Of a stretch of 64,000 bases of DNA, positions 18,864 through 27,562 are shown one piece after another; position 1 is the first letter of the stretch, and each line of letters starts with the position of its first letter. The position numbers were made by a program, and so were the translations under genes. The notes beneath the pieces were generated by a model. That model saw only the letters and a list, made by a program, of their open reading frames with translations, did not search any database and was not told the DNA's origin. The DNA comes from Polyangiaceae bacterium (lineage in GTDB: Bacteria > Myxococcota_A > Polyangia > Polyangiales > Polyangiaceae): positions 544,001 through 608,000 of the forward strand of contig JANRKO010000006.1 in assembly GCA_033763455.1 (NCBI GenBank), read 5' to 3'.

Positions 18864-19709
18864 TTAACCGAGGACTTGGACCAATTTCTGGATCTCGGTG
18901 AGCGATCCTTTGGTGATCTCGTTCACGGCCTCGGCACTGAGGCCGAGGATGTCGTAGACTTCCGGGTCCACAGGGCGGTCGACTTCCGTGGCATCGGCTC
19001 CAAAACCCATGGGGTAGGTGACACTGCTGGCGACGTGGACTGCGGCGATCAAGCGGCGGTGGCTGTCGTCGGGCACATTGAGCGGCTGGTGGTGCCACAT
19101 CGCGATGAACTCCAGATCCGGGGGGAGTTGCCAGCGCCTCACAAGCTCTCCACCTACCTCGCAGTGGTCCGTGCCGATCGCACGCCGTTCGGCATCCAGA
19201 GGATCCGTGCCGTTTTCAGCCTTGAGTGAGGGCCACTTCTTCTTCTTTGACAAGAACGTCGCGATGGCGAGCTTCCCGCAGTCGTGCAAGAGCCCGGCCG
19301 TGAAGGCATTTTGGTGGGTGGTGAGGCGGAGCCCGTCTGAAAGCTTCGAAGCGATGACTGCGCTCGCAGCGTTGTGAGCCCAGAAGTCGCGGGCCTTGAT
19401 GCCATATCCAGGCAACCAGCGGGGGATCATGGAGCGGTACGACGCTGATGCCACTATTTCGTGGATCCGCTGCAGGCCAAGCAACGAGACGGCGTGCGCC
19501 ACGCTGCTGATCTTGGCGCGCACGCCGAAGGCTGCCGAGTTTACCACGCGAAGCACGTTGGAAGACAGGCCCGCATCGATCGCAATAACTTCCTCGAAGT
19601 CCGTGGCCATCGCGCGCGGGTCATTGAACAAAGCCATCAAGCGGCCCAGCACCTCCGGCAGCGTTGGCAGCGCGCCGACTTGGCTAGCTACCTCTTCCTT
19701 GGTGACCAT
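18864..19709 (-). CDS. Stand-alone HDOD domain protein
   Basis: LPTLPEV, LRVVNSAAFG, AGLLHDCGKL, WHHQP; ORF open from 19757. Confidence 0.88.
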   Translation of the reverse strand: MVTKEEVASQVGALPTLPEVLGRLMALFNDPRAMATDFEEVIAIDAGLSSNVLRVVNSAAFGVRAKISSVAHAVSLLGLQRIHEIVASASYRSMIPRWLPGYGIKARDFWAHNAASAVIASKLSDGLRLTTHQNAFTAGLLHDCGKLAIATFLSKKKKWPSLKAENGTDPLDAERRAIGTDHCEVGGELVRRWQLPPDLEFIAMWHHQPLNVPDDSHRRLIAAVHVASSVTYPMGFGADATEVDRPVDPEVYDILGLSAEAVNEITKGSLTEIQKLVQVLG

Positions 19710-19860
19710 GAAGGAGTCGACCGAGGGTCTGAAAGCGCCTGAACTTACGGGGCCCACGGGAATGGGAACGGATCCGCCAGGCGTTGGGTTAAGCCTTTTT
19801 GGGGATGAGGCTCGCGCGCCTGTTATGGGATGGGGTAGGAGACCACCTCACCTATGGATT

Positions 19861-21435
19861 ATGGCTATCGCCATGCGTTTTCGAAACCCGGTGATCAGTG
19901 GATTTTACCCCGACCCGAGCGTCTGCCGGGTCGGGGGCGACTTTTATTTGGTCACGAGCACCTTTGAGTACTTCCCCGGTGTCCCAATCTTCCACAGTCG
20001 AGATTTGGTGCATTGGCGGCAACTGGGTCACTGCCTGAGCCGAAAGAGTCAGCTTGAGCTGCGTGGGTGCCCCACCAGCAAGGGCATTTACGCGCCGACT
20101 CTCCGTTACCACGACGGCGTTTTTTACATGATTACCACCCATATGGGACGCGGTTACGGAGCCCACTTCTACGTCACGGCAGCCGATCCGAGTGGCCCAT
20201 GGTCCGAGCCGGTTTGGGTGGAGCAATACGGGATCGATCCGTCGCTCTTCTTTGACGACGATGGCCGCGTCTATTTCACAACCAATGGCAAAGCGGATGC
20301 TCCGAACGGTCTTGGGATTTACCAGAGTGAGATCGATGTAAAGAGTGGTCGTAAGCTAACTGCGATTCAGTTCTTATGGGCTGGCACGGGTGGGATGGCG
20401 CCAGAAGGCCCCCACCTCTACAAGGTGAATGGAAGCTACTACCTCCTGATCTCCGAAGGAGGCACCAGCTACGGGCATATGGTGACGGTCGCGCGGAGCC
20501 AAAGCCCGTGGGGGCCATTTGAGCCCGCGCCCAACAATCCTATCCTTTCGCACAGGAGCCTTGGGTCGCCCATTCACGCAACGGGGCATGCCGATTGGGT
20601 GGAGCTCGAAGATGGCAGCTTCTGGGCAGTGTTTTTGGGGATTCGCCCCGTATCGGTGGCGGGGGCGGGCGCGCACCATCTGGGCAGAGAGACATTCCTC
20701 GGGCCGGTAACTTGGGGTGCCGATGGTTGGCCGAGTGTCAATTCCGGGGAGCCCATTTCTTTTGAGATGGAGGGGCCCTCCTGCCTGCAAACGGAGCTTG
20801 AAGGGCCGAGCCCAAGTGTTCTCCGGGATCCTTTTGATACGTCAGAGCTCGCCTTAGTGTGGAACTTTGTGCGCGATCCCGAGGACACACGGTATAGCCT
20901 GGCAGAACGGCCGTCGCACTTGAGGCTCTGGGGCAACGCGGATTCGCTGAGTGAGCCTGCTCCTGCTTTCATTGGGCAACGCCAAAGACACTTGAACTCT
21001 CAGTTTTCGGCGAAGCTCGATTTTGAGCCCACGCAAGAAGCTGAAGAGGCGGGCATCACCGTGCGAATGAGTGAGGCGCACCACTATGAGGTGGCCGTGA
21101 TGCGGAGTGCTGGGGAAAAGCGCCTGGTGGTGCGCAAGGTGGTCGGATCACTGCGCGTTATCGCGGTGGACCTTGCCGTGCCGGCCGGCCCCCTTTTGCT
21201 AAAGCTTCGCTCCAACCCAACCCACTATTTTATCGAAGCTATGCCGGCCCAGAGTGGCTCAACGGACACGCCGTTGTTTAGCGTTGCCGCAGAGACGCGG
21301 TTCCTTTCAAGCGAGATAGCTGGCACCTTTACCGGAGTGTACCTGGGGTTGTACGCGACCGGTAATGGACGCCCGGCAAAGAGCCCGGCGGATTTCGATT
21401 GGGCCGAATACGTTGGAGATTCAGCCGCCACCTAA
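19861..21435 (+). CDS. GH43 beta-xylosidase/alpha-arabinofuranosidase
   Basis: NPVISGFYPDPS, IDPSLFFDDDGR, EGPHLYK, C-terminal beta-sandwich with FTGVYLGLYA. Confidence 0.92.
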   Translation: MAIAMRFRNPVISGFYPDPSVCRVGGDFYLVTSTFEYFPGVPIFHSRDLVHWRQLGHCLSRKSQLELRGCPTSKGIYAPTLRYHDGVFYMITTHMGRGYGAHFYVTAADPSGPWSEPVWVEQYGIDPSLFFDDDGRVYFTTNGKADAPNGLGIYQSEIDVKSGRKLTAIQFLWAGTGGMAPEGPHLYKVNGSYYLLISEGGTSYGHMVTVARSQSPWGPFEPAPNNPILSHRSLGSPIHATGHADWVELEDGSFWAVFLGIRPVSVAGAGAHHLGRETFLGPVTWGADGWPSVNSGEPISFEMEGPSCLQTELEGPSPSVLRDPFDTSELALVWNFVRDPEDTRYSLAERPSHLRLWGNADSLSEPAPAFIGQRQRHLNSQFSAKLDFEPTQEAEEAGITVRMSEAHHYEVAVMRSAGEKRLVVRKVVGSLRVIAVDLAVPAGPLLLKLRSNPTHYFIEAMPAQSGSTDTPLFSVAAETRFLSSEIAGTFTGVYLGLYATGNGRPAKSPADFDWAEYVGDSAAT

Positions 21436-22209
21436 TGCCCAGGTGCGCCCGGCATGGCGATGCAAGCTGAAGTGTCCGTCGTAAAGCTCGCTTAGGGTTG
21501 CCTCGTTGAGCACTTCTTCGGTGCGGCCTTGCATGAGGCTGCGGCCCGCTTTGAGCGTGAGGGTACGCGTGAAGCTTGGCGTGATCTCCTCAGAATGATG
21601 GGTGGTGATGATGAGCGTGGGGCTCTGATTTTTAGCAAGCTTTTCAGTGGCCAGAAGGAGCCGCTCGCGCGCTCCCGGATCTAGGCCCGCGCAGGGCTCG
21701 TCCAAAATCAGTAAATCGGGCTCAGCCATGAGTGCCCGTGCGATGAGAACTCGCTGCTGCTCACCGTGAGAGAGAGTCCCGAAGGTGCGCGTGCTCAAGT
21801 GGCTCACGTTGAGCCTTTCGAGCGATTCCTGTGCCCTTAGCCGTTGAGCGTCGCTCGGAGGATCCCAAGCAAATACGATCAAGCGCGTTTGGGCGAACGC
21901 CCCCGCCAGCACTGTGTTGAAGGCCGTTTGGTGCTCGGGGATGCGAGCGGCAGAGTTCGTAGTGAGCCAACCGATGCTGCGCCGCAGACGCCGTAGATCA
22001 AAGTGGCTGGACCCGTGACGCCAGATTTCACCGCCGTCGTTGGGCCAAAGCTCGCCGCATAACATGCGCAGCAATGTGGTTTTCCCCGCACCATTAGGCC
22101 CGAGGACCGCCCAGTGTTGACCGTATTCAATGCGCCAATCGATGGCGTCGAGAATGCGACCTTCATCGAGACGGTAGCTGACATTTTTGAGCTCGACCAA
22201 AGGCACCAT
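21421..22209 (-). CDS. Orphan ABC ATP-binding protein (YlmA/ModF-like)
   Basis: GQHWAVLGPNGAGKT, LSHGEQQR, LILDEPCAGLD. Confidence 0.85.
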   Translation of the reverse strand: MVPLVELKNVSYRLDEGRILDAIDWRIEYGQHWAVLGPNGAGKTTLLRMLCGELWPNDGGEIWRHGSSHFDLRRLRRSIGWLTTNSAARIPEHQTAFNTVLAGAFAQTRLIVFAWDPPSDAQRLRAQESLERLNVSHLSTRTFGTLSHGEQQRVLIARALMAEPDLLILDEPCAGLDPGARERLLLATEKLAKNQSPTLIITTHHSEEITPSFTRTLTLKAGRSLMQGRTEEVLNEATLSELYDGHFSLHRHAGRTWALGGG

Positions 22210-22340
22210 TGAAGTTCGTTTGCCACGATTGGAGCGCCAATACCAAGGGGTTTGTCGCGTTTGCCAAGCCATCAGAAAGTTTGCCGCCGCTCCTTTAACA
22301 AAGTTCGCAACTGGTGAGCGCCGATGCCGAGAGGCGCGGC

Positions 22341-23549
22341 ATGCTGTTTCCACACGTTCGGGGGATGAGTCCGGTTGGATGTACTGTATTGTTGCTTGCC
22401 TGTTCGGGGCCGTTACCACCCGGCGGAAGTTCGGGCCCAGGGGCCGCGCGAGGGCCTGCGGCCGGGGCCGAAAATGGCGCGGTATTCATAGGGGGCTTGG
22501 GCTCGGGTGGGGTCTATTCGCTGGCACAAAGCGGCGCGGTACCTGCCGCTCCCGGTTCAGCTCCAAAGCCAATAACCGGTAACGGCGAACTCTCAAGCAG
22601 TGGGGGTCAGGCTACTTCCCGGGCGTCGGGTGGAGTTGGCGGTGTTTACGCGGGGAGCGGAGGTGACGGTGGTAAGGCGCGAGCCACCGCTGGTGGAGGG
22701 GGCGTGAGTGGGGAAGGTGGCGCCGGGGCGGGAGGGCCTGGAACCTGTAGCGATGGCTTGCGGCTGAATATGCCTGGAGGCGAAACGGATGTGGACTGTG
22801 GTGGCGCAACGTGCGGCGCCTGCCCTGGGCCGCTCTTGCTGAGCAAAGTGGCGGTGAGCCCCACTTTGGGTGAATACATCGAGATATTGAACCCAAGTGA
22901 CCTAGCCGTGAGCCTAGAGCACGTGTACCTGGCCGATTACCCGGCGTATTACCAGATAGCCGCGGGTGTTGCGGCGCCACATTCGAGCGATTTTCGGGCC
23001 GCTTTCCCGGTCGGGGCGCAGATAGCCGCGAAGGGCCGAGTGGTCGTGGCCCTAAAATCTGCCACCGAGTTTTTCCAGGCGTATGGGACCTACCCCGACT
23101 ATGACTTCTCCATCGCCGATAATCTGGCACCCACCATGCTAGGTGCTTTCAGTTCCGTCTCTGGGCTCTCGGACGGCGACGAAATGGTGGTGCTATTTCG
23201 CTACGTGCCGCATTCGGATCGCGTCTTAGATCTGGACTACGTCGTTTACGGCAACACTTCTGATGGCGTGGATAAGACCAGCTCAGCGCTCGTGCCGACT
23301 CCGTACGCACCCGACACACCCATCTCAGCCCAGCGGGCGGCACCGGCACCCAAAAACGGTCAAACACTGGTGCGGTGCGGCGACGATGAGGCGGGAGAAA
23401 CCCAATCAGGCGGTAACGGCTACTTGGGTCACGACGAAACCAGCGAACCACTCGACCAAACCTGGCGAGCGTTGCCGGGTGTAATACCTCAAGTGCCGCC
23501 CATCGGTTGCCCGGAGCCTCTAGGAGGCGGCGGCGCCAGCGCACTCTAA
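22341..23549 (+). CDS. Lipoprotein with Gly-rich linker, Cys-rich motif and lamin-tail-like domain
   Basis: LLLAC lipobox, CSDG..N..ETDVDCGG..C, EYIEILNP..AVSL..VYLAD; start uncertain (22314-22365). Confidence 0.65.
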   Translation: MLFPHVRGMSPVGCTVLLLACSGPLPPGGSSGPGAARGPAAGAENGAVFIGGLGSGGVYSLAQSGAVPAAPGSAPKPITGNGELSSSGGQATSRASGGVGGVYAGSGGDGGKARATAGGGGVSGEGGAGAGGPGTCSDGLRLNMPGGETDVDCGGATCGACPGPLLLSKVAVSPTLGEYIEILNPSDLAVSLEHVYLADYPAYYQIAAGVAAPHSSDFRAAFPVGAQIAAKGRVVVALKSATEFFQAYGTYPDYDFSIADNLAPTMLGAFSSVSGLSDGDEMVVLFRYVPHSDRVLDLDYVVYGNTSDGVDKTSSALVPTPYAPDTPISAQRAAPAPKNGQTLVRCGDDEAGETQSGGNGYLGHDETSEPLDQTWRALPGVIPQVPPIGCPEPLGGGGASAL

Positions 23550-23658
23550 GCGCGCTTCACACTTCTTCATACTTATTCGTGAGCCCGACACGGAGCACTC
23601 AAAATTCGCCTCGAGGTGCCCTGGCAGAGCGCTCGATAGTGTGTACGCTGAACGGCGA

Positions 23659-24339
23659 ATGACGCTTCGAGTACTCTGCATTGACGACGACGTGCGCTTG
23701 TTCGAGGTTTTGGCCGAGTACTTCGCGCAGAACGACGTGATTGCCGTGCACGCAGCCAATGGCCAATTGGGGTTGGATCTGTTGCGGGGCGATGCGTTCG
23801 ACGCCGTGCTCTTGGATGTGATGATGCCGGGGCTCGATGGCTTGTCTGTGCTCCGCAAAGTGCGTGAGCAGAACGCGATCCCGGTGCTCATGCTCACCGC
23901 GAAAGGGGATGAAACGGATCGTGTGGTGGGGCTTGAGCTCGGCGCCGACGATTACTTGGCAAAGCCCTTTAGCCCGCGAGAGCTTTTGGCGCGATTGCGC
24001 GCGGTCTTGCGGCGAGGCAACCACGACTTGGGTTCCGATCGTTTGGTGATACGCGGGGTTGAGCTGGACCTCGGAGCACGCCAGGTGCGGTTTCGCGGTG
24101 AGCACGTCGATCTAACGGCTCTGGAATTTGATCTTCTAGCGGCGCTCATGCAGCGAGCTGGGCGGGTGGTGCCGCGCACTACGCTTCTGGAGCTTGCTGG
24201 GCGCCATGATGTTACGGTGGGGGAGCGCACGGTGGATGTGCATGTGTCGCGGCTGCGCAAGAAGCTCTTCGACGAAGAAAACCTCTTGATCAAGACGGTG
24301 CGCGGTGTTGGCTACACATTGGCGCGAGAGGGAGGTTGA
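23659..24339 (+). CDS. OmpR-family response regulator
   Basis: IDDD, LLDVMMP, GADDYLAKPF, winged helix VDVHVSRLRKK, TVRGVGY. Confidence 0.95.
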   Translation: MTLRVLCIDDDVRLFEVLAEYFAQNDVIAVHAANGQLGLDLLRGDAFDAVLLDVMMPGLDGLSVLRKVREQNAIPVLMLTAKGDETDRVVGLELGADDYLAKPFSPRELLARLRAVLRRGNHDLGSDRLVIRGVELDLGARQVRFRGEHVDLTALEFDLLAALMQRAGRVVPRTTLLELAGRHDVTVGERTVDVHVSRLRKKLFDEENLLIKTVRGVGYTLAREGG

Positions 24340-24342
24340 GCC

Positions 24343-25626
24343 GTGTTAAAGAAGTTCATCGGAGCGCGACTGCATCGGCAGCTGTTTGTCTGGTTTGGTG
24401 CCACGATCGCGGCAACGGCTGTGGTAATTGGAGCGGTTTCTTGGATGACGCGCCCCCCGGACGAGCCGTTTCGCGGAGGAGTGCACCACGTGGGTCAATT
24501 CGTCGGCACTTGGTTTGCGAGGGTTTGGCAGGATGCTCCCGAGCGAGCGCGCCTAACGCGAGACTTGGCCGCGGCGCTCTCGATGAACCTCACATTGGAA
24601 GATGCGCGGGGGCACGTTGTAGAGCGCGCAGGGCGCGGTTGCTATTTCCATTCGATGCGCGTGGAGGTTCGTCAGGGTGGGCAGCTTCTGGGCCGGGTGG
24701 TGGCATGCCCGAGAGTGCCCACGCACGGGGCCCTGGCTTTCATTCTTGCGCTTTTCTGCGCCACGGCAACCGTGTGGGGAGCCTCGCTGCTCCTCACGCG
24801 CAAGCTGACGCGCCCCTTGAGCGAGATTATCAGCGTGACGCGTGAGCTCGGCGAGGGCAAGTTATCGGCTCGCGTGCGCCTTCGCAGGACCCATGGGGGT
24901 GAGCTCGGCAGGTTGAGTAGTTCGGTGAACGAAATGGCCGCGCGTATCGAACGTCAAATGGCGGATCAGAAGGAGCTCTTGGCCGCGGTCTCGCATGAAA
25001 TGCGCAGCCCCTTGAGCCGGCTGCGGGTGCTCGCCGAGCTTTTGAGCCAAGGCACGCCGGCCGCCAATGCCGTGAACGCCCAGAAGATGGAATCCGAAAT
25101 AGCTGAGATGGATGACCTCGTCGGCAAGCTTCTCGCGAGCTCGCGGCTTGAGTTCGGAGCACTGGAGAGAACAGAACTTGGTGCGAGCGCTGTGGCGCTC
25201 CGAGCGTTGGAGCGCTGCTCGCTCGATGCATCGCTCCTCGTCGACAAAAGTGGCCAGGCGAAGTTCTTCGCTGATGCTACCTTGGTGCAGCGGGCTCTCG
25301 CCAACCTCTTGGAAAACGCTCGAATTCACGCCGGCGGTGTGGAGTGCCTGGAGGTTCGGCGCGAAGGGGAGATCATCTGCTTCGAGGTACAGGATGTCGG
25401 GCCTGGGTTTTCTGAGGCCGCTCTGGAGCGCGGGTTCTCAGCTTTCTTTCGGGGAAGTGAGGCTCAAAGTGGCGGCAATTCGCTCGGCCTAGGCTTATCG
25501 CTTGTAGCTCGAATTGCCGAAGCCCATGGTGGAAGTGTGTGGGCGGTCAATAGAGAGCCGCGCGGAGCCAAGGTTGGTTTTTCTGTAAAAATGGCCGGTC
25601 CCAGAGAGAACCAACCCAGCGGTTAG
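24343..25626 (+). CDS. HAMP-domain sensor histidine kinase
   Basis: 2 TM, HAMP, SHEMRSPL, NLLENA, DVGPG, GLGL. Confidence 0.93.
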   Translation: MLKKFIGARLHRQLFVWFGATIAATAVVIGAVSWMTRPPDEPFRGGVHHVGQFVGTWFARVWQDAPERARLTRDLAAALSMNLTLEDARGHVVERAGRGCYFHSMRVEVRQGGQLLGRVVACPRVPTHGALAFILALFCATATVWGASLLLTRKLTRPLSEIISVTRELGEGKLSARVRLRRTHGGELGRLSSSVNEMAARIERQMADQKELLAAVSHEMRSPLSRLRVLAELLSQGTPAANAVNAQKMESEIAEMDDLVGKLLASSRLEFGALERTELGASAVALRALERCSLDASLLVDKSGQAKFFADATLVQRALANLLENARIHAGGVECLEVRREGEIICFEVQDVGPGFSEAALERGFSAFFRGSEAQSGGNSLGLGLSLVARIAEAHGGSVWAVNREPRGAKVGFSVKMAGPRENQPSG

Positions 25627-25666
25627 CATCGACAAACAGGCCCAGCGTCACTACCTTGCCTGAGCA

Positions 25667-27562
25667 ATGAGTCCTAACGTCCGCCCCCCTCCGGGAAAAC
25701 CTTCGAGCCCTCCCGGCAAACGTCCTGCTGAAGCCCCTCCGGGCTGGAAAGCGTGGTTGGCACTCGGCGTGGTGATCCTAGTCTTCTACACGTGGCAACA
25801 GTTTGGCCAGAGCGAGGCCAAGTACACTCCGATCGAGTACTCCACGTTCTATCGAGTTGTCGGGGAAGAGAAGGTCGAAAAGGTAACGCTTCGCGGCTCA
25901 AGCGTTGTGGGTACGCTGAAGGTGCCAGCGGCACTGGAAGGGCACCCTGTGTCCAAGGCGTTCCGCACCGTTCTGCCCCCCATTCCGGACGACAGCTTAC
26001 TTCCGCTACTGCGCGAAAAGCGCGTGCGTATGGACGTTCAAAGCGAAGAGCAGCCGCTTGCTTTGCAGCTTCTGAGTTCGCTGTTCCCGTTTCTGTTGAT
26101 CATTGGCATGTGGGTTTGGCTCTCGCGCAGCGCACAGCGCATGTTCACCGGTGGTGGCCCGCTCGGAAGCATGATGAAAGGGCGCACGCGTCGCTTCGAA
26201 CGAGAAACGGAAGTGCCTGTTAAGTTTGAAGATGTCGCGGGGCACAAGGCGGCTAAGCAAGATTTGCAGGAGCTGGTTGAGTTCCTGAAGTACCCCGAGC
26301 GTTTCCGTAAGATGGGCGGTAAGGTGCCGCACGGCGTGCTCTTGGTGGGGCCCCCGGGGACTGGCAAGACGCTTCTGGCGCGTGCGGTGGCGGGCGAAAG
26401 TGGAGTGCCCTTTTTCTCGATCAATGGGTCGGAGTTCATTGAGATGTTTGTCGGCGTCGGAGCGTCTCGGGTTCGCGAGTTATTTGAGGAGGCCAAGAAG
26501 GTGTCCCCCGCCATCGTGTTCATCGACGAGATCGATGCCGTGGGCCGTTCGCGCGGAGCAGGGCTGGGGGGCGGCCACGACGAACGTGAGCAGACGCTGA
26601 ACCAATTACTGAGCGAGATGGACGGCTTTTCCAGGAATGATCTCACCGTGGTGCTCGCAGCTACCAATCGCCCGGACGTGTTGGATTCTGCGCTCTTGCG
26701 CCCCGGTCGATTTGATCGCCGCGTGCTCATCGATCGCCCAGAGCTTGCCGCGAGGCGGGCTATTTTGGACGTGCATGTGCGCGGAAAACCGCTCGGGCCC
26801 GACGTCGATCTGGATGGTGTGGCAGCGAATACGCCTGGTTTTTCTGGCGCGGATTTGGCCAACTTAGTGAATGAAGCCGCACTCGGAGCAACCCGGCGGG
26901 GGACGGAAGCCATCGAGGCTCAGGATTTTACCACCGCATTCGACAAGATTGTGCTCGGAGATCTTAGGGAGACGAAGCTCGATCCACTTGAGAAGCATCG
27001 CGTCGCCGTGCACGAGGCGGGGCACGCCGTCATGGCGCATTTCTCCAAAGAGGCGGAGCCGCTACACCGTGTCACCATCATCCCACGGGGGATGGCGCTG
27101 GGCGTTACCCAACAGACGCCAGCTGCCGATCGGCACATTATGACCCGGCCCGAGCTCTTCTCGCGGCTGGGGGTGCTCATGGGTGGATATGCGGCGGAGC
27201 AAGTGGTGATGGGGGAAGTCTCATCGGGCGCCGAGAATGACTTGAAGCGCGCCACCGAGTTAGCTTTCAAGATGGTGGCTCACTACGGCATGAGCGAACG
27301 CGTTGGGCCGGTGTTTCACGAACACCGCACCGAGCACCCGTTTCTCGGGCAAACCTTGGCAACTGAAGGCGGTACCAGCGATGCCACTGTGTTCGTGATC
27401 GAGGAGGAAACGCGCCGCATCTTGACGGAAGCGGCTGAATCCGCTCGCCAGCAGATCCGAACGCGCCGCCCTCTCCTTGACGCGCTGGTGACACGCCTAT
27501 TGGAGAAGGAGACGGTTGAAAAGGATGAGCTCATTGAGATCTTGGGGCCTGCGACAACGTGA
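25667..27562 (+). CDS. ftsH: ATP-dependent zinc metalloprotease FtsH
   Basis: 2 [41 protein letters not shown]. Confidence 0.96.
   Translation: MSPNVRPPPGKPSSPPGKRPAEAPPGWKAWLALGVVILVFYTWQQFGQSEAKYTPIEYSTFYRVVGEEKVEKVTLRGSSVVGTLKVPAALEGHPVSKAFRTVLPPIPDDSLLPLLREKRVRMDVQSEEQPLALQLLSSLFPFLLIIGMWVWLSRSAQRMFTGGGPLGSMMKGRTRRFERETEVPVKFEDVAGHKAAKQDLQELVEFLKYPERFRKMGGKVPHGVLLVGPPGTGKTLLARAVAGESGVPFFSINGSEFIEMFVGVGASRVRELFEEAKKVSPAIVFIDEIDAVGRSRGAGLGGGHDEREQTLNQLLSEMDGFSRNDLTVVLAATNRPDVLDSALLRPGRFDRRVLIDRPELAARRAILDVHVRGKPLGPDVDLDGVAANTPGFSGADLANLVNEAALGATRRGTEAIEAQDFTTAFDKIVLGDLRETKLDPLEKHRVAVHEAGHAVMAHFSKEAEPLHRVTIIPRGMALGVTQQTPAADRHIMTRPELFSRLGVLMGGYAAEQVVMGEVSSGAENDLKRATELAFKMVAHYGMSERVGPVFHEHRTEHPFLGQTLATEGGTSDATVFVIEEETRRILTEAAESARQQIRTRRPLLDALVTRLLEKETVEKDELIEILGPATT

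Noticed and set aside
19396..19860. N-terminal 155 aa of the 679-aa GH43 ORF
   Set aside because: Antisense shadow of the HDOD gene; GH43 homology begins near 19873
21421..22419. Full 332-aa length of the ABC ATPase ORF
   Set aside because: ABC domain starts at ATG 22209; the extension overlaps the divergent lipoprotein gene
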